Shown: in pieces, positions 21,588 to 33,013 of the stretch
Position numbering within the stretch: position 1 is the stretch's first letter
Layout: each line of letters begins with the position of its first letter
NCBI RefSeq assembly: GCF_001194135.2
Contig: NC_069008.1
Location: 11,627,427 to 11,682,313, forward strand
Direction of reading: 5' to 3'
Length of the DNA stretch: 54,887 nucleotides
DNA from: Octopus bimaculoides
Lineage: Eukaryota
Translations under genes and position numbers: made by a program
Notes under the pieces: model-generated
Seen by the model: the letters and a program-made list of their open reading frames with translations, nothing else
Told to the model about the DNA's origin: nothing
Databases searched by the model: none

Positions 21588-21786
21588 AAAATTGTGATAT
21601 TTACCGGAAAGCCTTTCGGAATTGAAGACAATCCGCGACTGTTACAATTTACACCAAAAGTACATGTACATTTTGAGCAGATGTCTGAGACAGCAATGTA
21701 AGACTCCAAAAACAATCCCATGTATAGTATCAACACAACAGTCAACATATTTAGTTGATGGAGCATATTTTCAAACGTAGATTAAT
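21588..21786 (-). CDS. First coding exon of an LRR-containing secreted/membrane protein (signal peptide + LRRNT cap); ATG at 21766; donor site is GA
   Basis: Strong acceptor ttttcttcttttacAG (21787-21788); aatATG; MLHQLNMLTVVLILYMGLFLESYIAVS-DICSKCTCTFGVNCNSRGLSSIPKGFPVNITI(L); the exon ends at the expected phase-2 position TT|GAAAGTA. Confidence 0.8.
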
Positions 21787-22389
21787 CTGTAAAAGAAGAA
21801 AATACAAAATATCAGTGATTATCAATGCTATTTCTTTAACACTCCAGATTCCTCGAAGGGAAAAAGATTGCCCCGTTCCATTCCATGAATTTATCTTCGA
21901 TTTCACTAACTTTCAATTCATATCGAATGTGAAGAACAAAATGAATGATAATTTCGAATAAAGACTGAAGACCAGTCATCCTTACAGACACATCTCTATA
22001 TATACTATAACAAAGCTGCTTACTAATTAGTTTTAATTATGTAGCTTTTATTAGTATAAAACGATTATTTATGTCTAGACTGGAAAATTCTTATAAATTC
22101 CAATTTTAATAAATTTCCACCAAATTAACATTTTCAAGGTTCTTTTATTATTGAATACTATTACTGGATATTTCAAGTACGTTTCAATCAGGAATCAAAT
22201 CTAACATTTTAAATTCTGAAAATATAGTTTAACACTTTATAACTCTGGAAATATGTATATACCATATATGGGTTCAAGTAGGGAAGAAGGGCAAACAATT
22301 AGTCAAGGCTGGCCAAGAACATTTGATTTCATTTAATATTTAATTCAATCTAAAAAGCATTTGCTTCAGAACGAATGGTAAAAATAGTA

Positions 22390-23450
22390 CAAACTAGTAA
22401 AGAGAGTCTGACAGATGTTTCTGGGACACCCCAACTATTGGAGCATCGTATCGATGGAGGACTCTATAAAGTGGGTATTCCGAAAGATATAGTTTAGTCA
22501 GTGGAAGAATGTTCCTTCTCAATGATATTTGCTGTGGTTCATTATGTCCAAGAGGGTAGGAGGGTTCAATTAAGTCCAACTGGATCGGGTCTTCTTTAGG
22601 TAAATCCATGAACAGAAAGCGTGGTTAAGTGAGAAGAGGGAAAGAATTGTTATGCAGTACACCATATTGAGGGGAAATGAAGGTGAATGCTAGCAGATCC
22701 AGCATTGTGTGTGGAATAAAGATACATTCTGGTAAACGGTATAGGTAAGAGAAATGTAGATATATAGGTAAGAGAAATGATTTTAAACTGCAATGTTCTG
22801 AACATCCATGAACACATTGTGTTCGCCGTATCATTTTTATTGTTGATGAGTACATCCCAGCTTAGTTTGTTGTCCACAATTAGGTCGATACGTCTGATAA
22901 CATTTCGGGCTACGAAAATCTTTATAAAGAAATGATGATAATTTGTCTGTTTAAGTATAATCTCTTTGGATTTCCTCAAAAGATTTCCTTATTAAGCAGC
23001 TTGTTCTTCTTTCATCCATAAGCTCATTGCTCAAATTTTGGAGTCCTGTCTAGTTACATTTTCTGAGCTTATGATTATATTCAACCACTTTAAAATTATA
23101 TTTGATGATATTCGCAATGTCATATGTGTAAATAAGAAATAGAACAGATATCACTTCTTGGGCGTCAGTAAATTTAATTGATCACGACATGTTAGGTTCT
23201 GGTTATCAGATAATAATTGATCCACAGCAGTAGCTTACCACCGAATCCAGTGTTGATCAGAATATTCTCCAGTATAATGTTGCTGGCTCCATCGAAATCT
23301 TTAGAAGTGAAAACAAAATAAATGACATTTGTGTCACTGCCTTAGCCAGAGGCTGCGATAGGCAGTCTCTCACCCTGCGAAAACAATACTGTTCGGGATC
23401 AAGGAGATGAATCCTAAGGCTGCAATTTTGATTTCATTACTCTCAAATAT
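22390..23450 (-). mobile_element. Old CR1/L2/Jockey-group LINE RT and 3' region, heavily degenerate
   Basis: QYCFRRVRDCLSQ, SKDFD...GFGGKLLLWINYYL..R..VVIN, PQ..SVLFLIYTYDI and WDVLINN...ANTMCSWMFRT echo canonical LINE RT motifs. Confidence 0.68.
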
Positions 23451-24169
23451 TTCATCGATATGTAAGATTATTAACATCACACAGTAGTTCACTACAAGAT
23501 ATTTGTTTCTTTTTTTAGAAAACTTGGTCAAGTGGTTGAGACAGAAAATCTTCAAGTATAAAATCTGTGATAATTTCCTCGAGAGATTAGCAAGAGGAAA
23601 TCTAAGTTGATGTCTGAACCACGACCTGAACCCTACGAGGAATAATGCCAGGGTTTACACTGAATTGAGTATTATTTTATCTTTCGTCGCAATGAATTCG
23701 GGGAGAATATAAGTGCTCATTTTATTAATACTAAGTTAACCACATTAGGATCACTTCAAACAGTTGTATTGCTTCTATATAATTTCCTCCATTTCCTTAT
23801 CGTTTCTTCGGTGGACGTCAATGGACGTCAATGGGCGAGGAACAGAAAAACAGAATGGACTAAGCGGAGCAGGAGCATACACGAGAATGTAAATTGTCAC
23901 TGAAGAGGTCACTGATTTGTCAATGGACCTGAGGTAAAATAAGAACAGTAATAAACGAGTGAAGAACGAGTATATAATATGTGTTCATTTGGCAATGGAC
24001 ATCCCAAAATGCAATATCTGTTTCAACACACGGTTTTACATAAAAAACTTTGCAACACAAATTCATAAATGTATCGATTAAAAGGTGGCTTTTATGCTTT
24101 TTCGTGGATGAATGTAACAGTTTAATGTTATCTTAATAATAAATTATCAAAGGGTTAGTATTTGTTGAA

Positions 24170-24881
24170 AATGCTCAGATCTTTGCATTATCTAGTGAGA
24201 GATTCTCCCAAGTTGGAATTGAAAGAAATTTAAATGCTGGAGAAAAGGTGTTCATCAAAAGGTACAATAGGGACCAATTCTTTCAGAAACCGTAAAATAC
24301 AAGGTCGCAAAAAGTGTACAACCACGTAGTAGGACAGGTTGCTGAAGAGGATATCTCTGGCCGATAGGGGAAAAAACCTCTTCTGACGTAACTGATGAGT
24401 TTCGATTGGCAACAAACAAAGAGATATCAACTCGCACAGTGAGAAGAAGGTTGCTAGAAGCTGGGCTCAAAGGATGTACGGCCAGAAAGAAGCCGCTGCT
24501 GTTTGAGGTGAACAAGAAGTGATTGATTTGGACAAAAGAGCATGAAGATTGGACTGATGATTGAGCGAAAGTTGTTTGGTTTGATGAAAGTAACTTTGAG
24601 GTAGGTTCTCCACATTAATTTCCACAAATTTATTAGACATAAATGAAAATCTTTAGCCTTGTACATATTTTTTATTGGCTACCAAAAATGATCAGTTTTT
24701 TTTTCTCTCCTCAGAACTTTGGACCCCCTGAAGCTGTTTGTGTTCGCTGTAGAGTTGGGGAGGTTTATCATCCTGGATGCGTGACCCAACAGTCAAATTG
24801 GTAGGAGACAGTGTGATGGTTTGGGTCTGCATGTCGTCTTCAGGCCTAGTAATGTTCTTCACTAATGAAGGCAGAATGAAT
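24170..24881 (+). mobile_element. Tc1-like transposase pseudogene with a 114-nt spliceosomal intron (24601-24714)
   Basis: STRTVRRRLLEAGLKGCTARKKPLL, VVWFDESNFE | GTAGGT...ttttctctcctcAG | NFGPPEAVCVRCRVGE, TVK..GDSVMVWVCMS; runs into a gap. Confidence 0.85.
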
Positions 24882-25028
24882 NNNNNNNNNNNNNNNNNNN
24901 NNNNNNNNNNNNNNNNNNNNNNNNNNNNNNNNNNNNNNNNNNNNNNNNNNNNNNNNNNNNNNNNNNNNNNNNNNNNNNNNNTAGTCAATAAGCTATTTAG
25001 CATCTAAATCGGCAGATGAATTTGTCAG

Positions 25029-25095
25029 TGGGAGTTTAGCTTAATGGTAAAGCACTCAACTGGAGTCTTGGGGAATGTGGATTCTAGTCTCAAGG
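25029..25095 (+). other. Degenerate tRNA-like sequence (SINE head or tRNA pseudogene)
   Basis: GGGAGTTTAGCTTAATGGTAAAGCAC (A-box-like) ... GGATTCTAGTC (B-box-like); no clean cloverleaf. Confidence 0.4.
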
Positions 25096-25277
25096 CTGTT
25101 TGTTGACAAATTTTTCTGCCTTGTAAGGGTAATTTACCCACAATATCTGCTGTTCTAATGGCATTGCTGCATTTGAAAAAATATTATTTCTTGTTTGTAT
25201 TGTACAATACACATTTCGACACTTCTAATAAAAACAAATGTTTGTTTGTTTATATTTATAAAAAAAGCAGTATATTT

Positions 25278-25625
25278 TCTACTAGCTGAAATACCCAGCA
25301 TTGCTGGAGCTAATGACTCAAAGGATTAACAGTAACATTGCACAGAACTTTTTATTTTACTTCTTTTAAGAATATAGTTTGATATCCATATTCCAGACAT
25401 ATGCAAATTCAATTCTGTAAAAATTTATACACGAATTCAAATCTTTTGAATCCCTTTTCAATTTCTGTTAAAACTAACCCTTATCCTAACTCAAAATTGT
25501 AATCCTAAATGCTAATCCTCAGCTCTTACCTTAACTCAAGATCCTAATCCTAATTTTATCCCTAAAATCTAAACTACAATACCAACCCTAGTATTAAATC
25601 CTAAACCTAATCCTTGCCCTAATTT
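25278..25625. mobile_element. Possible non-autonomous Helitron/Helentron-like element with degenerate (CCTAA/CCCTAA)-like repeats
   Basis: CTACTAGCTGAAATACCCAGCATTGC end-like motif; degenerate AACCCT/ATCCTA repeats at about 25470-25622. Confidence 0.35.
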
Positions 25626-26037
25626 TTGTGTGGAATCACAATCTCCTATGTTTGAAACATATACTTCTAAAAAAATCCAGAACATTAAAATAGTTACCAT
25701 ACATAACTTTAAAATTAAGCAGGACAAAAATGTGATATGCCATTGCAAATTTTAAAAACTTTTTATTTACAGAATTGTAATATCTGCTATTTAAAACATA
25801 AAAAGTGGAGAAGTGTGTACACACACACATCAGAGTTACCTGGTGTTACTCAGGATCCAACCGCCATGACAGTTTTGCCATGCTAAATACATTTTTGCAT
25901 TTCATTTTTAAAATTTCTATTTTTGGCCCATGTCCTTTCACCTCTTAATTGTGTTATTTGTTCATCTCATTTACTATTTATTCTAAATCCAGAACTTCCT
26001 TATAAACAATGTTACATGTTTTTCCAAAAGGAACATA

Positions 26038-26476
26038 CAGGGGTTGAACAAAATAATGGAAACACCCTAAAATTTCAAACAAATATATTTTAATATGGGG
26101 TAGGACCGCCTTTTCAGTAATTACAGCTTGAATTCTATGAGGTATGAACTCGTACAAAGTTTGAATTGTTTCCAAAGGAATTTTTATCCATTCTTCAGCT
26201 AAAGCAGTCTCCAGTTCTTGTATTGATGATGGTGGAGGATATCAACTCCTTACTTGTTTTTCTAAAATGCACCATAAATGTTCAATAATATTGAGATCTG
26301 GGGACTGTGGTGGCCAGATAAGATGTTCCTTGAGGCATTCAGTAACAACTTTCACTGTGTGAATTAGTGCATTATCATCCTGAAAGATTGTGTTTCTCTC
26401 TGGAAACTGTTCCGCAACCATAGGATGAATTTGATCAGATAAAATGCTTAAATAGTCTTGACTATTAATTCTGCTT
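26038..26476 (-). mobile_element. Tc1 (DD34E) transposon 3' half with right TIR
   Basis: TA|CAGGGGTTGAACAAAATAATGGAAACACC TIR; IFQDDNA...WPPQSPDLNIIEHLW. Confidence 0.9.
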
Positions 26477-29400
26477 TGTTCCATCTCAGATGTTTTGCTA
26501 ATATTACAAACTGATGTTTCAATGCGAGCTATATTCGAGGGGAATTTGAAAGTAGAGTGAGTTGTTCTTCCTCCTGAGAGTAAAGTAGCAGCAATACCTG
26601 AAGAAACAACAGCCAAAGCTATTTTTTCTCTTGTCGTATTTTGGCAAGTAAAAGCTTAGCAACAAATGTTTTGCCAGTTCATGCAGATGCATCAAGAAAA
26701 GAAGACCCTCTCATTTGATCAAAAACTCTTTCTAGTATAGTATTGTAGTATACTTTTTATTCAAGCAACAATTTCAATTCATTTCCACTAACATATCTTG
26801 AGAAGTCTTCAATGTCATAGGAAGTCTCATTTAATAGATATGTTGTTAAACTATCGAGTTCAGAATGATTGGTATTAAGAAGTCCGTACTCAAGTAATTC
26901 ATTCCCTTTCATAGAAACAACTTCGTCTTTCAATGGCAATTAATGCGGCATTGTAGATTTCATCACTGTATTCTATTTTTGTACCAGGACATTGTAATCG
27001 AATCTAGTACTCGTAATCTTCCGCAAGATAATTTCTGTATCTAAGCCATATTGATCCTGGATCCCCTAATTCACAGTCTTTAAGGAGAATGCAAACAGTG
27101 TTCTTAAATTGCCTCCTGCGTAAGACAGAGAAGCCTCTGACATAGCAGCCATCCAATGACTATCATCTTATAATAAACCTAACCTAAAAGCTGCTTCTCT
27201 ATTCGAAGCACAAACATAACCATCAACAGTTCAGAGGTCGATAAAAGATGTGGGACCACGAATTTCATGGAGAAACAAATGCAAGTAAAAACATTCCTTA
27301 TTTCTTTACTGCCCACAGGGGCTAAACAAGGGATTAAGTCAATTACATCGACCCCGGTGCATAACTGGTAATTAATTCATCGACCCCGAAAGGATGAAAG
27401 GCAAAGTCGACCTCGGCGGAATTTGAACTCAGAACATAGTGGCAGACGAAATACTGCTAAGCATTTCACCCAGCGTGCTAACGTTTCTGCCAGCTCAACG
27501 CCTTAAAGTAAAAACATTCCTGCTGAGTTGGATGCACAGAACAAACTCTTCCCCGAACATTGTCAAATCGGATATCAGGATAACCACCAACCTCAGTGCC
27601 ACTTTTTCTGTGAGTCCATTGTTTGTTGTTCCATGTATAATATGACAGTAATTGAGAGTACAACAGGGTTTTAGCGAAAGATTCTTTCTGACAAAGTTTG
27701 AAAAATGCTGTTAATGTAGTTTCTCTTGGAGCTAGGGATTGCTGAGCAGCAGTTTCTGTTGTGAAATATATTCTTTGCCTATTCTCTAAATGAACAGAGA
27801 GTTGTTTCTCTGGAGGACATGGTTCGTGAGTAGGAAGTCAAATATTCTTCAGAAGGCCTCATTGCTACAAATATATCGCCCCATTTGGAAGTGTGTCACC
27901 TCTTCTTGAAATGTCTGTTGTTGAAGGGTAAACATGCCAAGATCTTTTTCACCAGCATTAGAACCCTTATTAACATATTTATAAATGTACTTCATTGACT
28001 TTATAGAATAACAATATTCTACATTTATGTATTCTTTGAATGTCTTAGACAAAGGAGGGCAGTAAAGCACTATCCACTGATTACCAATTGTATGGTGACC
28101 AATTTTTGTTCCAAAACCTCCATCTTGTGGTGCCCTTCTTCTGTATGATGGCTATCCATCATTATGTCCATTATTACGCATGTAAGTCATGGCATCTTGT
28201 GTCCTCTCGTGTATATATCTTGGGCTTCCTGTAAAACAAAAGGGGAAAATACAAAGTTGTCCAAGCCCTGTCCCAGCAATATCATTGTTAATGCTATCTC
28301 ATATATGCACATACGATTCTGAACATAGTTCTTTTTGGTGCATTTTCATGAAGCACAACTTCTCTGACTCTATTTTGGTATACATGTCAACAACATACTG
28401 GTGAATAAGATCTTGGCAATAGTGAAGATGATTAAACAAATTCAAATCATTAACTGATAATCATAACAATTCATACAGGATACAGTTCTTTTGGAAGTGA
28501 TTCCTCCAACTTTTATACCAAAATAGTATCCATCTTCTCTGTTAACAAGGGATATTATAATGCATCATATGAACGATGAATTTCATTTCTGAACGTGATG
28601 CTATTGTCACAATATTTCAGAAAAATATCTCATTTACCATGTTGTTCTCCAACCATAATAATTGCCACTTTATTACACTCAGGAACATTGAGTCAACGGA
28701 CATGTTCTCCTGCCGGTCTTTTGTTGGGGTTGATGACAACTTGAAAGTTTGCAGTTGAAGTACATTCTAAAACATACTGAAAGCTTCTCACATAAGAATT
28801 CTTTTCATGAAGCATTTCTTGCAGCTTAAAAATAAGTTCTAATCTTGAACCTGGACAATTCTTGTTGCAACACTGTGCTTCCTTTTGAACGTCACCTATA
28901 AAATATATTTGTAAAAATTGTGGATCTTTATTCTGTAAAGGCTTAAGAGAGCCAATTTTGTGATAAATTTGTCCTTACACTTTAAAAGTTGGCATAAATT
29001 CACTTAATTTTTGCCCCAAAATGATGTCAGTTGAAAAGCACAATTGTATGCTCAAATAGTTTTTTTAGGAAAGTGTCTTGATTCTGAAGTGGTACCCAAA
29101 AGATGTTTTATAAGTTCTGATGGCTCAATTATTGGTAAAAGGACCTTACCTTTAGAACAACACACACCTAATGATTCCTTGTTCCACTTCCTAGCACCAC
29201 ACTTTTCACATAGGGCCCAGGGAGACAATTTTTTCAGGTGCATAATTACGATTAGGATCATAATTAAATGCTACACCTTGCCGTTGAAATCATCCATACT
29301 TTTTCTGCTGATTTCTCTGGAAAGCTTTCTCCTTTTTGGTTGCTTTCACTTTCATTTTCTATTTATTTTACATTTTTCTCTTCTTTTTTGCAATTGTACT

Positions 29401-29660
29401 TCTTTGTCTTTTTTTATTTCTATAATTTTCCTTCTTTCTCTGCAATCTTATTTCCCTATCTTTATTACTTTCTTGCTCTCTTGTCCTCCTCTCATATTCC
29501 CTCATATTTTTTTGCAACTTAACTTTCTGATGGTTTTTACTTTCTTCCACAATTTTCATATTAAGTGTTTGAATTCTCATTCTTTTGTCTTTTTTACTAT
29601 CTTGTGATATTTCATTTCCTTCTATACCCCTACTCATGTATGCTTGGTATTCCTGCATTG
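26477..29660 (-). mobile_element. Helitron Rep/Helicase pseudogene (coiled-coil N-terminus, Cys motif, Rep domain, start of PIF1 helicase), interrupted by a SINE
   Basis: CEKCGARKWNKESLGVCCSKGKV; LIHQYVVDMYTKIESE; TGSPRYIHERTQDAMTY; INVEYCYSIKSMKYIYKYVNKG..GRYI.SNEA; FLDA..TGKTF..AVVSSGIAATLLSGGRTTHSTFK. Confidence 0.9.
27300..27502 (-). mobile_element. tRNA-head Nin/Deu-like SINE inserted in the Helitron
   Basis: Similar to 21185-21393. Confidence 0.85.
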
Positions 29661-30779
29661 TACTATCAGAAATAAAAGATTGAAAATACTTCCAATTATT
29701 GCATATGTATCATACAGACTCTTCCCGAAGAGTTTGGTAATTTCTGTTGTTTTTGAGCAAGAGTGACACAGCTCTGAACAGAGTTACCATCATCCATGAC
29801 TTTATTAAACGGATGAATTAATAAATTAATGTAATTGTTGAATATTTTTCAATAAATTCAGTAAGGAACTTCACCTTCAGTTTATCTTTAGATGGTTTTG
29901 GGAACAGAAAGTGATGGAAAATTACAACACCAAAAGGGATAAAATATTAAATGAGAGCAATTTCTCCTTTAGAAATGTCTTTCTAACTTTGTGACAGATG
30001 AAGGAGTGATTATAATTTTGTAAATAATAAAAACAAAATTAATAAGGTACTTCACCTTCAATGTTGACTTGAAATGTCACCTTCATGAAAAGAAAAGTGA
30101 ATTAATTCAAAGTATTTAACAGATGACGACTTCTTTATCGTCTGTTCATAAATGGAAAAAAGGAATACTTTGGTTATTTTCGGATAATTTTGGTTTAAAT
30201 GTTGTCAAATACTTGTCTATAGATTTGTGTGTGTTAGAGAGACAAACAGATAGAGAGTGAGAGACAGAGAGAAAGAGAGTGAGAAACAGAGACTGAAAGC
30301 ATGCACATATGTATCTCTGAATGACAACTGTATTAACATTACTACCCCACTGCCACTCCATATTTGTCGCTTACACAACTCTGTCCTCCCCTTCCTTGAT
30401 ATCAGTCACACTCTCTATGCCACTATGTTTCCCCTCACACTATCGCACCCTTCTTATTTTATCAAATGAAAGCCCAACTTACCACTTCAATTTTATAAGT
30501 TATAAGATGCTGTCTTTACTACAACTTGAATTTCAACTCTGATACACGAACTCTTCTGTATGAATACCTAAATGGCTTCTCAAGTTTTTTTTGTTTTTTT
30601 TTTTGAGAGAGAATGATTTATAAAAAAAAATAACTGATGCAGTATCTCTCTCTCTCTCTTGTATGAATTCATTTATGTATAATTAATTAACCACCTTGAG
30701 AATGATATACTACAGGTATCACAGTTAGATGGCTTCACTTTGGTATGAATATGCTTAATTTAGTTAAAATGCATTTTTC

Positions 30780-30912
30780 CGGAGTGGTTGGCATTAGGAA
30801 TATCATCCAGTCATAGAAACCTTGCCAAATCAGATTGCTGTCATTTGCCAGTTCCAGTTAAACCATCTAACCCATGCCAGCATAAAAAGCAACAACAAAT
30901 GATGATGATGAT
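30780..30912 (+). mobile_element. SINE-like repeat (GGAAGGGCATCCAG family, (GAT)n tail), degenerate copy
   Basis: GGAGTGGTTGGCATTAGGAA..CATCCAG...AACCCATGCCAGCAT...(GAT)n. Confidence 0.7.
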
Positions 30913-31104
30913 TTGTGACAGATGACAATGATCTGGTTTTGGGAGCTGTACAAATACATACATGTTTAATTAGGTGAGTCTTTTCAAACAAATAATATAC
31001 CATAGAAGTAGAGTTTCTCTCTTGTATAAACACATTTATGTTTGATTAGGGAGAATGATTCACCACAGATATCACAATGATCTGGTTTTCCTTTTGTATG
31101 AATG

Positions 31105-31270
31105 CCCAGTACACACTTTGGAGGGGTTGGCATCAGGAAAGGCATACAGTGATAGAAACCAAGCCAAATCAGATTTGGAACCTGGTACAGCTCTCTGGCT
31201 TACCAGTTCCAGTCAAACTGTCTAACCCATGCCAGTACAGAAAATGGAAGCTAAATGATGATGGTGGTGG
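31105..31270 (+). mobile_element. SINE-like repeat (GGAAGGGCATCCAG family) copy
   Basis: Similar to 34830-35080. Confidence 0.7.
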
Positions 31271-31735
31271 TGGTGGTGATGTAGTCTTGGGGGGTTGTTG
31301 CCACACTGCTATTTTTTCTTTCCAATGTAAATATATTTATAGTCATACAAGACATTGTTTCAGAGAATTACTTTTGACATTGATGCTGCTTCTCTGTACA
31401 AATATATGTGAACTTTAGGGACTCTTTTATGATAACTATTAACCAGAGATATCACAGTGGTATAGCAGCTTTCATGTATGAAAATGTTGGTATGTAATTG
31501 AGACACTATTTTGAAAGAATGATTCACCACAGATATCACAGGGATATGTCATCTCTCCCATATGAATACATGAATAATGAATATAGATTTGTGAGGGTAG
31601 CATTTCTCATGCTTCACAGTTAAAAGGCTTCTCTCCAGTGTGAATCCTTTTGCATTAATGCCTATTTGTTGATGGACAATGAATATTGATTTGTGAGGGA
31701 AGGATTTCTTATGCTTCACAGTTATAAGGCTTCCC

Positions 31736-33013
31736 TCAAGTGTGAATCCTTTTGTGTTTTGTTAGGTCACTGCTCGAGACAAAAGATTTGCCACAGATGT
31801 CACAGTGATAAGGTTTTTCTTTAGAGTGTATTCTTTTGTGTATCTTTAAAGCACTGTTGGTAGCAAACAATTTTCCACATATTTCACAATGGTAGGGCTT
31901 CTCTCCAGTGTGACTACGTTTGTGAACTACAAGACTAGAATTAACTGAAAAAGATTTTCCACACATTTCACAATGATAGGGTTTCTCTCCAGTGTGGGTT
32001 CTTCTATGTTTTGTTAAGTCACTATTAGTGGTGAATAGTTTGCCACATATTTCACAGTGATACGGTTTCTCTCCAATGTGACTACGTTTGTGAACAACAA
32101 GACTCGAATTCACAGAGAATGATTTTCCACATATTTCACAATAACACACACTTTCTCCAGTGTGACAACTTTTGTGTTTTGTTAAGTCACTGCTATACAT
32201 AAACGACTTCCCGCATAATTCACAATGGTGGGGTCTCTCACCAGTGTGGATTCTTTTATGAACTACACGGCTAGAATTATCTGAGAATGATTTCCCACAA
32301 ATTTCACAATGATACGGTTTCTCTCCTGTGTGAGTACGTTTGTGAACAACAAGACTAGAATTATCAGCAAAAGGTTTCCCACATATTTCACAGTTGTAAG
32401 GTTTTTCTCCAGTATGTATTCTTTTGTGTTTGTATAAATCACTGTTAGAAACATAGTGTTTCCCACATATTTCACAATGATACGGTTTTTCCCCAGTGTG
32501 TCTTTGAATGTGGAGAGCAAGGTAAGCTTCCTGAGAGAACATTTTCTCACATATTTCACAATGATATGCTTTTTCTCCAGTGTGTATTACTTTATGATTT
32601 GCTAAATTTCTATTAGAGACAAAAGACTTCCCACAAATTTCACAATTAAAACGTTTCTCTCCAGTGTGGATTCGTTTGTGTTTTGTTAAATCACTGTTGT
32701 TGAGAAAATATTTCTCACAAATTTCACAGTAAAACTGTTTTTCTCCAGCGTGAATTCTTTTGTGTTTTCTCAAAGCATTGTTACTGACAAAAGCTTTCTC
32801 ACATGCATCACAATGATGGGGCATTTTCTTACTATGTATTTCTTTGTGCATGAAGACTTCATGTTCTGAAGAAAATATCTTCTTACAACTTTCACAGTGA
32901 TATTCAGGAACATTTTTGTCTACAAGTTTCTCATTTCTATCAGTCTGTGTAACTGTATCTATATTGGCAAAAGCAGTTGTGTTAGAAATGTCAGAGTGAT
33001 AAATATCCTCCAT
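31736..33013 (-). CDS. C2H2 zinc-finger protein, 425 aa, 14 tandem fingers, single coding exon
   Basis: Intact ORF with 14 CxxC...HxxxH units and mostly TGEKP-type linkers; upstream acceptor ttttcttttacAG at about 33360; possible 5' UTR exon 33801-34003. Confidence 0.93.
   Translation of the reverse strand: MEDIYHSDISNTTAFANIDTVTQTDRNEKLVDKNVPEYHCESCKKIFSSEHEVFMHKEIHSKKMPHHCDACEKAFVSNNALRKHKRIHAGEKQFYCEICEKYFLNNSDLTKHKRIHTGEKRFNCEICGKSFVSNRNLANHKVIHTGEKAYHCEICEKMFSQEAYLALHIQRHTGEKPYHCEICGKHYVSNSDLYKHKRIHTGEKPYNCEICGKPFADNSSLVVHKRTHTGEKPYHCEICGKSFSDNSSRVVHKRIHTGERPHHCELCGKSFMYSSDLTKHKSCHTGESVCYCEICGKSFSVNSSLVVHKRSHIGEKPYHCEICGKLFTTNSDLTKHRRTHTGEKPYHCEMCGKSFSVNSSLVVHKRSHTGEKPYHCEICGKLFATNSALKIHKRIHSKEKPYHCDICGKSFVSSSDLTKHKRIHT

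Larger units (their letters stand above)
30520..31735 (-). pseudogene. Decayed C2H2 finger repeats downstream of the stop codon of the 31736-33013 gene
   Basis: [64 protein letters not shown] and LRSHLGIHTEE with stops and frameshifts; interrupted by SINE copies. Confidence 0.78.

Noticed and set aside
32263-32559. Alternative-frame ORF overlapping the ZNF gene
   Set aside because: It is a shadow frame of the repetitive finger codons.
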